A model generated the notes under the pieces. It saw only the letters and a program-made list of their open reading frames with translations, did not search any database and was not told where the DNA came from. A DNA stretch of 64,000 bases from Trichosphaerium sp. ATCC 40318 (taxonomy: Eukaryota > Protista > Tubulinea): positions 124,001 through 188,000 of the forward strand of contig JALMLS010000385.1 of the NCBI GenBank assembly GCA_038496445.1, in the 5' to 3' direction. Both the position numbers and the translations under genes were made by a program. This document shows, piece after piece, positions 26,924 through 41,153 of this stretch; positions within the stretch are counted from its first letter, which is position 1, and each line of letters starts with the position of its first letter.

Positions 26924-29330
26924 ATGGGAAGAGAGTTAATTACACTACAAGTAGGTCAATGCGGCAATCAAGGTATGTGTCCCAAAATTTAAAAAATTAT
27001 AAAGCCAATTGACGCTCAATTTACGCTATACGTAGTTGGATCTGAGTTTTGGGGCAGATTATGCTCAGAACATGGTATAAAACGAGATGGTAGTCTAGAG
27101 GAGTATGCAACAGACAATGCAGGCGACAGGAAGGATGTATTCTTCTATCAAGTTCGTTAGGCTCGCAAATTTATTTAAACTCACCAAATCATAGGCAGAT
27201 GATAACCACTACACGCCACGAGCGTGTTTAATTGATTTAGAGCCTGGCGTAGTCAATAAAGTCAGAACGAACTACAAAGGCTTATTCAATCCCGAAAACA
27301 TATTTGTATCAAAGGACGGATCTGGTGCGGGTAATAACTGGGCAAAAGGTAACAAAAAACTTTCTGCGTCAAATGGCAAATAACGTGTTTCCACAAGGTT
27401 ACCATCAAGGAGAAATGCTATCAGAAGAGCTTATGGAAATGATAGATAGAGAGGCTGATAATTGCGATAGTTTAGAGGCACGGCATACCTAATTAATTTG
27501 CAAATAGCTTTTTATTGGAGCTACAACGTATTTCTTTCTGGTTTGAGCGAAATCAAGCGTCAAAACAATCAAACAAGCACATAAAACTCGTTTTAGAAAT
27601 TTCTATTAAAATCAAAAAAAATCAATGTTAGCTCTGTTGTTCCTTGTTGTATTATCAGTATAATTATACTTATAATATCCTGTAGGGCTTTGTTTTATGT
27701 CACTCAATCGCAGGCGGTACTGGATCTGGGCTAGGATCGTTTATTCTTGAGCAATTGAATGACAGGTACGAAGAAAACGTTTTACATTGCGAAAAAAAAA
27801 CAAACTCACGTGCTTCGCACCCTCCCATGCTAATTTTCCTTTTAGATACCCCGATAAATTAATACAAACATATTCAGTGTTCCCTACAAATAACGATGGT
27901 GTTGTAGTACAACCATACAACTCAGTATTGACATTAAAACGTTTGACACTGAACGCTGATTGTGTTGTATGTTTCGTTGGTTTTTTTTTTGCTTTTATTT
28001 ATGCTTATGCTGTAATATAGGTTGTAGTAGATAATCAAGCACTATCTAGAATCGCAGAGAACTCATTACAGATATCTAAACCAACTATACAACAAACCAA
28101 CGCCTTAATTTCAACAGTAAGTTTTTAAAGTTTTTAGCAAACAGTAGGAAGGTTTGTTCATAGTTTTAACCTTTTCTTTAAGACAATGGCTGCGTCAACA
28201 TCTACTTTGAGATACCCTGGATATATGAACAATGATATGGTTGGATTACTTGCTTCTCTAGTACCTACACCAAGGTACCGAATATACATAGTTGATTTTC
28301 TTTTGTTCTTCTTTACTGTTATTTTTTCTTCTGACTTCTGAGTCTTAGATGTCACTTCCTAATGACAGGATATACACCATTAACTATACATAAACAAGTG
28401 AGTATATATACCCCATCTTGTGATAAAAAAAACGAGTCTGTGTCCTACACTCAAACTACTCACAAATTTGTGCTTCTGTAATCTGTTTTTAATTTCTACT
28501 TCAGGCTCAAAATGTCAAGAAAACATCCGTACTTGATGTCATGACACGTCTTTTACAACCTAAAAATCATATGGTATCTTGCTCTACAAAAGTAGGAGCA
28601 TATCTGAGCGTTTTGAATATAATCCAAGGCGCTGCAGATCCTTCTCAAGTACAGAAAAGTCTACAAAAAATTCGACAGAAAAAGCTTGTTAACTTTATCC
28701 CATGGAGTCCTGCCGGTATTCAGGTATGTTTATAACTTTCAATTATTACTATTTGCCGACATGTACACGAATAAGCTTGTTTGTTAATACACAGATAAGA
28801 GCGTTCGTATTTTTTTGCAAAAAAGCATCAAAGGAATTCTGTTTCTCAGTTCTTCGTTTTAGGTCGTTCTATCAAAGAAGTCACCTTATGTTCAAAGTTC
28901 TCATCGTGTTTCTGGTCTCTTACTAGCTAATCACACTTCTATACATCACGTGAGTAATAGTAATAGAAGCACAAACCTGTCTCTTTATTGTTTTGACGTT
29001 TTGAAGTTTTTTACTTACCCTTTTACTCCTTAGTTATTCCAAAACCAAGCACGTCAATATGATAGGCTTATTAAGCGTGGTGCTTTTGTACAAAACTACA
29101 GAGATGCTGGACACATGTTTGAAGATAATCTAGATGAATTTAAGAACTCAAGGTACGTTGTGAATAAAGTTAGAAAAAAAAAGTATTTTCTGCCTGTTTT
29201 TTTGATATCTACTTTGTTACTTACTTGCGTATTTAGAGAGGTAGTACAGTCCCTTATTGATGAGTATAAGGAATGTACAAAGAAGGACTATTTGAACTAT
29301 GGTAGCATTGCAGCTGATAATGTAAAATAA
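26924..29330 (+). CDS. TUBG1: Gamma-tubulin; multi-exon
   Basis: [89 protein letters not shown]. Contains a GC-AG intron at 27478-27685. Confidence 0.97.
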
Positions 29331-29543
29331 ATAAAATCTGTTTTCGTGTGATTTTTTCTACATTGCACTTAACTAAGTTACAATGATCTCCCATGATAGA
29401 TCACCTTCTAGACCCTACATTAGATCTGCTTAGACAACATATTTACATTTTCAGGTTCACCCTTGTGTTTTATAGTACAGACACTGTTAATGAGTTGGAA
29501 GAGAAAAATTTCTTGGCAGCGCTTTTATTTTAACGTTACACAA

Positions 29544-30665
29544 CTATTTTTTCGTTGACCAGTATAACAAAGAAGTATTAAAGATGCTGGTAAAGTATCT
29601 GTACCAAGCACTAAAAATACTTCCCATCACATTCAAAGGAAATAAACCAGAGCTATTAGAAGTGAAGTCTATTAATCCAAAATGGTTCTCTCCATTGTTA
29701 TGTTGTACTACGACATGTGCCCCAAACCATTCACTCACCTCATCATCTACTCCACTGTTAACAAAATCTTTCGGTTCTCCGTTCTCATGCCACTCTTGAA
29801 GCTCACCAACTTGTGTGTGATTAAGCCATGTGCTTTTTCTCTTCAGCTGTCCATTCTCATACCATTCGTTACATTCACCATTTATTTCACCTTTAACCCA
29901 CGTGCTTTGTTCCATTATCTGCCCGTTTTCATGCCAAACTTTACAATAACCGTTTTGTTTACCGTTTCGCCACATACTCTCTGCCTCAAGTTGTCCACTT
30001 TGATACCATTCTTTTTGTACACCATCTCGTTTTCCATTGACCTTCATGCCTTGTTGTTTAATTTGTCCGTTCTTAAACCACTCTTTATATTCACCATTCG
30101 CTTTATCATCAGCCCACATACTATACACCTTAAGTTGTCCACTCTCATACCATACTTTACAATCACCACTTTGTTTGCCATTTACAAACATGGCTTTCCT
30201 CATTAGTTTTCCGCTCTCATACCATTCTAAACATTCACCATTGTGTTTGTTATGAAGTAATGTTGACTTTGATTTAAGCATACCACTTTCATACCATACC
30301 TTATACTGTCCATCTTGTTTACCATTAACAAACATACCTTGTAATTTAAGCTCTCCATTCTCATGCCATTGCTTAAACTCACCATGTCGTTTACAATTAA
30401 CAAACATACTTTTTGATCTGATTTGACCACTCTTGTACCATGTTATTCTTGGCCCATTCTTTGCGTATTGATGAGAACAAACTGTTCCATTTTTATACCA
30501 TCTTATCCACTTTCCAGAACGCTCAAGGTTTTCATCAAAATGAGTGTTTAATGCTGCTCTCTTTGATAGTGTATGATATTTTGTGAATACTTCAACATTG
30601 AATGTGCAAATATACTGTTGTATTTCACGTGGGATATCCAACAGAGTCAAACATGATAATGACAT
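29544..30665 (-). CDS. F-box + MORN-variant repeat protein; intronless
   Basis: LLDIPREIQQYI..LSKRAALNTHFDE..SGKWIRW, then about 10 GExxxWYESGQL repeats. Confidence 0.88.
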   Translation of the reverse strand: MSLSCLTLLDIPREIQQYICTFNVEVFTKYHTLSKRAALNTHFDENLERSGKWIRWYKNGTVCSHQYAKNGPRITWYKSGQIRSKSMFVNCKRHGEFKQWHENGELKLQGMFVNGKQDGQYKVWYESGMLKSKSTLLHNKHNGECLEWYESGKLMRKAMFVNGKQSGDCKVWYESGQLKVYSMWADDKANGEYKEWFKNGQIKQQGMKVNGKRDGVQKEWYQSGQLEAESMWRNGKQNGYCKVWHENGQIMEQSTWVKGEINGECNEWYENGQLKRKSTWLNHTQVGELQEWHENGEPKDFVNSGVDDEVSEWFGAHVVVQHNNGENHFGLIDFTSNSSGLFPLNVMGSIFSAWYRYFTSIFNTSLLYWSTKK

Positions 30666-31854
30666 TGAATTATGTTCCTAAATTGCTCCTATAACAGATT
30701 GTTAATTCAAAGCGGTTTGACAAAAGATTGTGGGCTAGGTTTTTCGACTGAAACGTTTTTTTTCTTTAACAATCATGTTTGTGATAACACGCTGCTGCCG
30801 CATTAATTTGTATGTTCTTGAGCTAATTTACCACCATCAGGCATGTACATACACGTTGAGGCATAAACAAGTACTTACAGGCGTTCGTGTTTATTATACG
30901 TACTTTTGTACCCTAGTTGTTTGTTGTACACGTTACTTCATTGATATCTTGTATTTTTCAGTTAGGAAGCGCTGCAAAGCTGTTTTTATAAAGTGCCTTA
31001 AGTTGCTTAAATGGAACTGAGCTTAAATTACACGCTTTTAAAATAAAACCAATTTCTTCATTTTGCCCAACTAGAACCGAGTTTACCTGTTGTTTGTGAA
31101 TCTTAGAGAAAACTCATACAGTGTTAGATGTCATTGTTTACAAAGAAAACTCGCACTGTTTTAGGCTCTTGAATTTCAAACCATAGTGATCAGTTAAATA
31201 GTTGTAACTGGCTCTTACACAAAGGCTGCAAAAGGCGTACAAGTTTAAGTTGCTGACATTCACTATTGTGCAAAATGATAGCTGATACCTATAACGAAGT
31301 CTAGCGTACAGCTACGCCAAAAGTCGGTCAACACCACTTCCCTATAGACCGTGTAGCACAGTTTATGTTATTGGAAATTGTCATGTGTCTTGACAAAGAA
31401 ATTTTCTAATAGAAGAATGTCAAAGTGACATGGGGTAAAAAACCATAATACTAAAAAGGAGTTAAACCAAAATTAACATAAACTCAGAGGCGCAATTATT
31501 TCTCATACAGTCAGTTTACATATTTGTCTCTTATTTACGCTTCAACTCGTTAAAACGTACTTTAATAGCTGATAGATTACAAAACACGTGATAATTCAAT
31601 TTGTCAAAAAAGACACAGAAAAAAAACCGAAAAACTCAGAATTTTTCTAGTTCTGCTTAACTGAAAGAGATAACCAAACTGAAAACGTTCAGTTTAGTTT
31701 CTTCTCTGTCAATGATTTCGATGCTATAGAACCTGAAAACTATGAAAGTTTATGCTAACCAAAGTTGAGATTGCTACTGTAATGGTTCAGTTAAATTTCA
31801 GCTCTGTTTTTAGCTTCAATAATAACAAAAAATCAGATAATTATTACTCTTCAA

Positions 31855-32865
31855 ATGACAGCTACATCTGCTCAATGGTTCGATTACTTAGGCATTGAAT
31901 GCTATTACGATGATGACTACATTTCAGACTCTGATTCTGACGTTTTCGAGTCAGAAGAAGCGCACAACAGTTTAAAACAACCTCGTAAAGAAAAACAGCT
32001 CTTCGACGAAGAACCTCATTTATGTATTCCAAAGGACAGCTGTTTGTGTAAGGAATGTATCATATGTATGGAGACTCCTACAGAAAACTATACTACAATA
32101 ACATGTGGACATACCTTTTGCTACACGTGTTTGACAGATTATTGCCGATTTAAACTCGTACACGGTTTCAACCGACATCGATACCTTGAATCTTCCTTTA
32201 GGTACGTACTGCCATATGTAAACCTTATTTTCCCATTTATAAGAGTACTATCGACCTGATTACTTGTATTTAGGAACGAAGGAAAGTATGTGTGGGCAGT
32301 TGATTCAACTTTACATGAAGGAATAAAATGTCCTTACCAAAAATGCGGAGGCGCTATTGATATCAACAAGGTTTTCCTCCTTGATTCAACACTGGCTTCT
32401 AAGATGAAACAGAAGACAACCAAAGATAAGGCTTTCCGTGAACACATATCATTTGGCATATATGCTTCAAAGCATACGAGATGTTGCCCACGTTGTGGTA
32501 CAGCTATCGAAAAAAATGGCGGTTGCGAGCACATGTTCTGTCCTCGTTGTGAAAAGAAGTTTAACTGGCCAGATGCTACTAAATTCGGGAGTGGCAATAA
32601 CTGGTGGAGATGTGTTGATAAGAAATCGTTCAACGATATGAGAGGGCAATTTTGGAGGTCAAAATATGCAAAGATAAACAAAGAAAAAAGGTTGTTTATT
32701 GGTAAAAAAAGCAGACACAATAGAGCATCTCATAGCGCACAAAAAATATGGAGTGGAAGGTTAAAACACCAAAACACTGTTAAAAAAGTACTTGTAGCAT
32801 TACATCAAAAGACATATGCTCATCAAGCGACAAAACGTGATCATCAAGGATCAGAAAGTCAATAA
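31855..32865 (+). CDS. RBR/Ariadne-like E3 ubiquitin ligase (RING1 + Rcat); one intron
   Basis: Acidic N-terminus; RING1 CIICM..CGHTFCYTC...KCPYQKC; Rcat CPRCGTAIEKNGGCEHMFCPRC. Intron about 32202-32273. Confidence 0.85.
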
Positions 32866-33043
32866 AGATATCATATTCAGCAAGAAAATGTAACTGATTT
32901 TCCCTTTTACGTTCAAGAGCGGTACTAATTAATAATACTGACAGCTTTGGCGTGAGACTCAAATATCCATTATGTACCAACATTACACTAGGCGATCACA
33001 GCCTACTTACAACACAAAAACTTGATATTCTATTTATTTTGTT

Positions 33044-35028
33044 TCACTTTATGTTGGTTTCAATGGGTGTTGAGATAATCGCCTCATACAAGGAGCTCTA
33101 CCAAAAACAGGGGCCAATGAAAGATTGAAATTAAAAGCAGATAACACACTACTATCAGGTAATTCAGTGGCCAACACTGTTGTGTTAAAGGTTTCAATAT
33201 CAACAGAAAGGTATCTTCCATCGAGACAAGAAGCTACTAACGTGCTTGTTGATATTGACGTTAAACCTACACAGAAAATAATAAGAAAAAGGTGAACAAG
33301 GTAGGCACACTCATAAACTCACCACCAATTTCACAATCTAGTAGGTCAGGTGCTGAACGCGCTGGTGTACAATTACCAAATCTAAAATCAGGTGCAGCTG
33401 TCAAATCATCGTTACCAAAGTACAGAACACCGTTAACAATCTCACCTTTTATTGTAAAAGTAAATATCAATGGCGTTTATCAAATGTAAGGTTGTCACAT
33501 GCCTGAATTCGCTAATGTTGTTTGGTCACTACAATAAGTTGTAAACTTACAGTTTTCTAAATCTATCTCTAAAACAAATGGTCCTGGGCTCTCTCCAAAT
33601 ACCCTTCCTGTTTCTTTATCAACCATCAATCCAAAAATAGAAATACTGGTGACGCATACTTTTTCCTTAAATATTAGGTAAGGGAAGAGGTTGTAAATGA
33701 AGCAAAAAGCAGACGATTGTACAATTTCACATGTGTATGGATTAATGGTGAATAGCCTTCTGTTTTTGTTAATGTACAAAACTCTATCTAGTGTGACACT
33801 ATACTCCAATGCCATAGGATCGGTTTCTAACTCTGGAATATCACAGGCTACCAATTGAGTGAGGATACGGGGGAAAAAATGTAACTGATAGTTCGTACTT
33901 TTTACTATTTTGCTAATGTTTGAAATCAATCTATAGGCAAATCCAGGTAAAGGACTTTCCCTTACCGTTATAAGGACGTTTATTAAACCGCCTTGAGGAG
34001 CAATAGTTGGAGGTTGGGTGAGAATTTCCGGCACAGGAGGTATTGTTGTATCTGGAGGAGGCAATTGTCCTTCAAAAAACTGGGCGGATAGTCCTCCATT
34101 TCGAGGAGGCAATGAAGTGTCAAAAGAAGTTACAACCGAGTTCCCAATATCTATAGAAAAGTAGGATCGGGCCCTGTTATTACCAATAATTTGATTATCT
34201 GAAACTGCAGTAATATCTACATGAACAATTAATGAGCACGTCAATGACAAATTTCTGAAACTATCAAAAAATAAAAAAAAAATCCACAAAAAACGGTGTT
34301 GCTCTACCCGGGTAGAAGTGTACCTGTACTTCTAATAATTGAAGGATAGTCTAACACTTGGGTAACATTACAACGAGAAGCACCTGTCAAAGGTAGGATG
34401 GCGAGTGAATTAACTCGGGCAAGGAATACTGTATCTCCAATTATCTCAACTAGCCAACGCAATCAGCGCATAATCAACAGAGATGTAATGTTGATAAAAA
34501 CGTACGTCCAAAGACTTGGACACTGTTTCCTAGCTCTGCTTGACAAAAGTGACAAAAGGAGCAGTCTGTTGTATTGATCTGTGCAATGAAACCGCTTTCT
34601 ACAACACCATATAGTACCTCTGTCTCCCTATCAATGGCAATGTTCAAAACCGGAGCTCAACAGACAAGAACGCTATCGTTTGGTTAAAATAATTAAGAGC
34701 ACCTTGTGATGAACGTACTTTTACTACACACGTGCGTGGATCTACCTGCAACAGCTCGGTACTGGTAGTCACAAATAACGTATTTGTTGATGGTAAATAT
34801 GACATTGAAACTGGCGTATCTGTAAAACTTTGACATGCTAGATGGTAGATTAGAAAAGATACCATGGAAAATGTTTGTACTTTGTAAAACAAACGTTGGA
34901 TCTTGTATTGATCGGAGTTCGAAACCTCCACCACTTTCATTGTTAATAACATACGCATTACTTTCTTGAGCGATTGCAAAAGCAAGAAGCGAAAGGATAC
35001 CGAATAATATGGTAGATGTAGTGTCCAT
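33044..35028 (-). CDS. Secreted protein with two beta-rich repeat regions joined by a Pro/Thr linker; unknown function
   Basis: Signal peptide MDTTSTILFGILSLLAFAIA; repeated LxxxDPxTC motifs; linker PPPDTTIPPVPEILTQPP. Confidence 0.65.
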
Positions 35029-35799
35029 TCTTGTTGTAACCAGCGTACAATAAAAACAAAATCACAAAAACGTTTTGTTGAGAAAACGTCATGCTACGTT
35101 TTTTCTTTACAATTCACGTAACTATCTAATGCCTAAAATCTACCTTTCTCCCAATAGATTAAATATCTGAGTTCTAAGCCTTTTATTTTCGCATCCAGTG
35201 TTGGCTAATATTGGAAAGTTCACCACTTTTCTCAAGATTTTAAATCTCAAATTCATTCTCTTGCTTACCTGTCAACATACATGATGACAGCAAAATGTAC
35301 ACTTATCTCCCACTTGTTGTTCACTTATTATTCAGTTAATGATGGTAATACCATACAGCAACATTTTATGCTCACTATATCAATTGATACAATCGTTTTA
35401 ATCATTTTAGCTATCCGAGAAAAAACGTGAAGAAAAGTTGTGAGTAAATATGTAGTTTTAATTATTTAGTAGGCAACCAAGGGGCCCTATTTTAAAAACT
35501 CCATAACTCGATCAAGAAAATATGTACAATTGAGGCCAGATGACCTTATACAACAAGAGTGAACTGAATAGTTCACAGAAAGTGATGTGCCTTTTCGTCA
35601 AGAAGTAAAAATCTCACGTGTAAGCTAAACAACGAGATTTGTTTAGATTCTGTAGTGACTGACGCAAAGTTGTTTATATACGTTGGTATTCATTTAGTTG
35701 TATTGGGGTTTAATGCCTTTAAATAAAGCAAATAGTTAGAGCTTACAACGTTAATGTAAAATCATATAAAACAATGCATAGCTCTACTCAAGCCAATAT

Positions 35800-38276
35800 A
35801 TTCGAGTACACAGCTTGTTTTCATTACATCTTTTGCAATGTATTCGTGTGGACATTGTTTTTCAATGCCGAACAGATCATCTAATTAATCTCCATTGAGA
35901 ACTAAAGGTTTTGTTTTACGTTGCCACCGAAATAGCATGAAACAACTTCTGTACATGTTTTCTGTACAAAAGTATATGCCTTGTGCAAGGAGGTAGTATA
36001 CTATATATATGCCGCACTGGTTTAGATTTTATAAGTGGCTTCTATTAGATCGTGAATCCCTTGACAAGCCATCGTGGTTTGATAATGTCACTGCTGTATA
36101 TGGATACTGATTCAGTTTCTTTCTCGTAAGCACAAATAAAATACTGATTTTTAAATACATCAAGTACATTACAATACCTGTGAACGGTCAGAAAACCAGC
36201 CATAATACCATGTGCTCACCCTTTTACATCAGGCGAAGGTAATGTATGAATACTTAATGAAATTCTATACTTAACCTAACATCATCTTCTTGTTGATCTT
36301 ATTATGCCTTCATCTGCGCGTAGAATCGTTCGTATTAGTGCTTTAAGTAGATAAAAGAACCTTTGAAGGGTACAACGTAAATACAAACAAGTTGGAGAGC
36401 TACACATATATACAAAGTCACAAAGAAGAATCGTTTTGGAAAAGCTCTTTTTATTGAAAGATGTGAGAAGAATTTTGTTATCCTGGTGTTGTTTACCAGA
36501 TATTCTTCGCCTTACATCATTGGTCGCATGCACGTGGCTGATATAATGTGACACACATGAGAATAAGGGACTGAATCGCCTTGTATACCAAATCCGGAGT
36601 TCCTTTTACGAAAAGATTAATTACTTACTCTGAAAGTATCTTACGTACGAAGGGGAACATATTATAGTATCGGGGCATGTAAAATGTAATGGTATTTCCT
36701 GGAATTCACTGCCTACAAAATTAGTAGTTGCACCAATGCAATTGCTTGTCAGTTCTATCAGTTTTTTCGTTACGCCCCTGTTACACGTGATTAACAAAAC
36801 AAACAGATTTTGATGTGAAACTTAAATGTTGACGTACGTTTTAGATGTAATCGGATACAATGTCCATTCGTATTTCTTTTCAAACATAGTTGCTGAAATG
36901 TAACCTTTTATACCAAGGATATAGTCCCCTACCAGGTGAAGAAAAGCTTCAGTTTGTGTTTCTTGTTCTTTGAAAGCATGCTCGATTAATCCTTTAAGTA
37001 GATTGCGTTGAGTTGTATTTGACTTGATGGTACTGGGTAAGTCGTGTTTCTTCCAGTAGGCATTCACATAGGACCATAGACCGTTCGTCAAGCCTTGATT
37101 AGCATCGGGGTAAGATAGAGCCTGTTCAAATATTAATCAAAAATAAAACAAAACGAAACGGAAAGAAACTGTTGATCACGTGCCTTCGTTGCTATGAAAT
37201 CTTCCCATGATATCTTACCAATAGAATTCTTTTCATCAGTATTTGTAGAAAGCGATATACCATCATTTATGAGGTCAAGAGCGAAAGAAACTTCTGGTCC
37301 AATTTCGGGTAACTTCTCGACCATTTTTAAGAATATTTTGAAAATGAGACTGAGGGGACTGGGAGGTGCTGGGTCTTCTTCGGCCATGATTGCTTGAAAC
37401 GCAATCAAATTAGCTACATCTTGCTTATACGCATCTTCAAAGGGCACCCTAAACGCATCAGTGATGTACAAGCTTACAAAAAGCGAGCAAAGAGCAATTG
37501 CGAAAATCTCTGGAAGAGAAAAAAGACCAGGAAAATAAATTTTATCACGTGCGTACATAAAAAAAGTATTGAAAAATGTAACAATATTAAACTCTGCCTC
37601 GGCTTGTAGTTCGCTCAATACACGTGTTAATGTATCATTCTTTAGTGTTAGTTCTTTTTTCATCATTGGAGTAATTTTAGGACAGTACACAGGCTCAGGA
37701 AAAAGAGGTTCGACTTTTTTAAGCGGTACTACGAAATGTCAATGGAATGTGGGATTTATTACTTTAACACGTGCCTGAACAATACAAAAATGGTATTAAA
37801 GCGACAATAAAGAGAAGCGAAGCTTTAAACATTATGAGACTTATTATAGAGTATTACTTCGGCTCTGTATTTCTTGTAAAGTAAATTGTGAAGTAATTAC
37901 TCGCAAGTACAAATGAATACCTCGTAGTAGAAATCTAACTCCAGAGGTGTTAACAAATCAACTTATACTTGTAACTACTTTTCAGACGTGTAACGGTATA
38001 CGGTTTAGACCGATACATCTCCATAATGGGACGAACTAGCTGTTGAAGAAGTTGAGATTGATTGCTCATATGGCATACCAGCTTTCTCTTGAAGGTACTA
38101 TGACCGAAGAAGAGAAACAGATTGACATAATAGAAGCTGAGATCGCAGCGCAGACAGCAATCGTGTAGATCCTCTTTTTGGAGGTTAACAAATAACAACA
38201 GCCAAGATAAGAAGATTTACTTGTGCTTTAGTTCAGCCCTTGAGCATCTCATTTTTTTGAGGGAAGAGAGCTCCAT
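35800..38276 (-). CDS. Hypothetical multi-exon protein; 5' part possibly degenerate, ends approximate
   Basis: ORFs 37133..37690 and 36822..37091 are bounded by GT/AG signals. No family recognised. Confidence 0.4.
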
Positions 38277-38707
38277 CTTTCTTGAAAATATACAAATTAA
38301 GTGATACCACTTATTAAGCGTTTTTTATCTTGAAACGCTAAACAAAGCTAAACAGTTCGCTGTAACCAGTAAGTGTTGCGGACTTCAAGTGCTGGGTATT
38401 TCTACTTGATTTAATAAACGTAAGATCCACTCGCGGTTCAATCGACGTTAGACGTAAACGATTATTTAGCTTTGAGCACAAACAAACAAAAAAAGGCGAT
38501 CAGAAAAGGAGTCTGAAAAGGTAACCTGTTTTGAATGATGAACGTACCTAAATAATTTCAAACACACTGTAATTCACCTGCCATGCGTAACACGAATTAG
38601 CTAACAGGATATTGAACGGTGATTTGGTTTGTTTGGGTTCCGTTTTTTACGTAGTCACGTGATAATTTCGAGGAGTTTTGTTAACTGGTCTAGTAGGTTT
38701 TGAATAA

Positions 38708-40315
38708 ATGGGTAACCAATTATACAATGTTATCTATCCTAATGGAGTTCATAATGGTAAGGGAGAGGTCACATGGGCAAATGGAAATAGATATGAAGGT
38801 GAATATAAAGATGACAAAAGAAATGGCAAAGGAGTGTTCACATGGGCAAATGGAGATAGATATGAAGGTGAATATAAAGATGACAAAAGAAATGGCAAAG
38901 GAGTGTACACACGGGCAAATGGAGATAGATATGAAGGTGAATATAAAGATGGCAAAAGAAACGGCAAAGGAGTGCTCACATGGGCAATTGGAGACAGATA
39001 TGAAGGTGAATTCAAAGATGGCTTATTCAACGGCAAAGGAGAACACACATCAGAAGATGGAGATAGATATGAAGGTGAATATAAAGATGGCAAAAAAAAC
39101 GGCAAAGGAGTGCTCACATTGGCAAATGGACAAAGATTTGATGGCGAATTCAAAGATGACAATGTTAGTTTTGCGACTTTGTATTTACTTGATGGTACTG
39201 CATTGGAAAGTACTTGGGTTTCAAACGCATCAAACGAGAATGTCAGGATTATACCAGGCGAGAATGTCAGTATCACATTTCCTGGAGAGAAGACCATAGA
39301 GGCAAGATGGTTACAAAATGAAATGAAGTTGACAACCTTCCTTGATGAGTATAATGTTAATATAGACCCTGTATCTCTCACATATTCTGGTAAAAATAAA
39401 ACAGTGGCGCCTTCCACTTGGACATGCGATCAAGTATTGTATGTTCTTCATAGGATTGAACCACAGCTTGTTGACTTGTTAAAAGATCACAAATTAACGT
39501 ACGTATTGATATTCTCTGACTTCAATAAACACTTACCCTTTTCTTTTACAACAGTGGTCAAGACTTTATGGGATTGGACCTTAAAGTGATGCTATTACTC
39601 AAAATACCCCTGGGATATGCAAATAAAATACTAAGATACATCGAGAACTTGAAAAAAGGTAGTTGTTTCAAACCCTAAGGATATGCGGTTATGACTTTTC
39701 TTTAACTAGGTGAATCAGAACATCTACCAACTCCTTTGGAACAAGGTATGTTTCTTATAGATATCCGTATCCATCTTTTCGATGTACTTAAATCTTAAAC
39801 AGACACTGATGCGGAAACTGAAGATGGAACTGATCAGAATAATTTAGAAGAGATGCGATCAAAATTGAAAGCAGACCCAAAAGACAAGTACTTGTCAAAA
39901 GCCTTGAATGATCCAGAACACAAATACACAAAGTTTGGAGGTGCTGTAGAAGATTTAAAGTTTCTCCGAGACGCTGCTGAGGCCCTTAAAAAACTTGAAG
40001 AAGCTCGCCTTGTTGAGGTACTATTAATACAATAATATTTCTTACAAAGTTTGTAAAAAGGGCGAGTATTCCAATGAAACACGTGGTAATCTACCTGGTG
40101 ACAAAAGCGAAAGAAAAGATGAACCGCCTCCACCTATTGCCACTCATGACGTGATATCCCATAAGCCATGGAGCGATAAACCCAATGCTTCCATTGATGC
40201 CGAGGTACTGTAGCGTATTTTAAAATCTTGTTTAATCCGAGACTCACTAAACCTACAGAACAATCTATCAATTGATCTCAATCTGGCAGCAAGTGAACGT
40301 GAAGATAATAAATAG
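38708..40315 (+). CDS. MORN-repeat + SAM-like domain protein
   Basis: Starts MGN; six RYEGEYKDGKRNGKGVxTWANGD repeats (69-bp units); PSTWTCDQV...KLTGQDFMGL..IPLGYANKILRYIENLK is SAM-like. Confidence 0.8.
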
Positions 40316-40500
40316 TTTAGGTTTGACACTAGGAGTACTGATGGCATTGATGACAGTCTATACCTTCAACTGCTTCATCAAGACATATTACTTTGGTCTA
40401 AAGGGATGCAAAACAAAAGGAACTACAGGAACTGTGACCAATAGATTTTACATTGATGTGTCAGTAAAAATTATTTTGCTTTAAGGACGTCCTCGAATGG

Positions 40501-40754
40501 ATTACTTTCATTGACCATTGAATGCGTACCTCATAACATGTACCACCTGAACATGATCAAATTCTGAATTCATGTGAATTATACTAAATCACGTGAATAG
40601 CATGTAGCAATTACTTTCGTTGACCATTGGCAGCGAGTGTAATTACACTTACTTTATTAAATCATGTGAATAGTGTGTTGTAAATAAGAAATGAGCAATA
40701 GGCCCTTGAAGCAATTACTTTCGTTGACCATTGGCAGCGAGTGTAATTACACTT
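40501..40754. repeat. Local direct duplication: 45-bp identical copies plus a degenerate third copy
   Basis: AGCAATTACTTTCGTTGACCATTGGCAGCGAGTGTAATTACACTT at 40606 and 40710; partial copy at 40501. Confidence 0.9.
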
Positions 40755-41114
40755 TTATTGTGATTAATTCTTACCTAATATTACCTTACCTAGCCTAGTA
40801 AACTGTGATCTGGTATCGCAGTTTGGGTCTATTGAGGGATCTTTGGTTCTCCTATAATTCATATGAACTAATAGTTTAAGTAAAACAAGTTCAAAGAATT
40901 GTATTGAGTGGGAAGATGAATTACGATTAAATTACTACCTATGGCTCTGGCACGTGGCCCGGTTTTAACTTGAATTTTATTGTTGTTGCACTTTTCTTTT
41001 TCATTTTCTTTCCTTATGGTTTAATTAAGTTCTATCATGGTACGACGCTGGCACGTGGCCCTCCAATATTTGTGGGAACAAATTTCGGACTGATCGGACA
41101 AGCTTGGATTTTAT

Positions 41115-41153
41115 AAACGTGATCATCAAAGATCAGAAAGTCAATAAAGATAT
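41115..41153 (+). repeat. Dispersed 39-bp repeat shared with 32833-32871
   Basis: AAACGTGATCATCAA(A/G)GATCAGAAAGTCAATAAAGATAT with one mismatch; both copies are followed by AAGAAAATGTAAC. Confidence 0.85.

Noticed and set aside
5646-39417. Antisense and alternative-frame ORFs over repeat genes (5646, 5961, 14892, 19071, 29682, 38700, 38749)
   Set aside because: Shadow ORFs produced by repetitive codon patterns.
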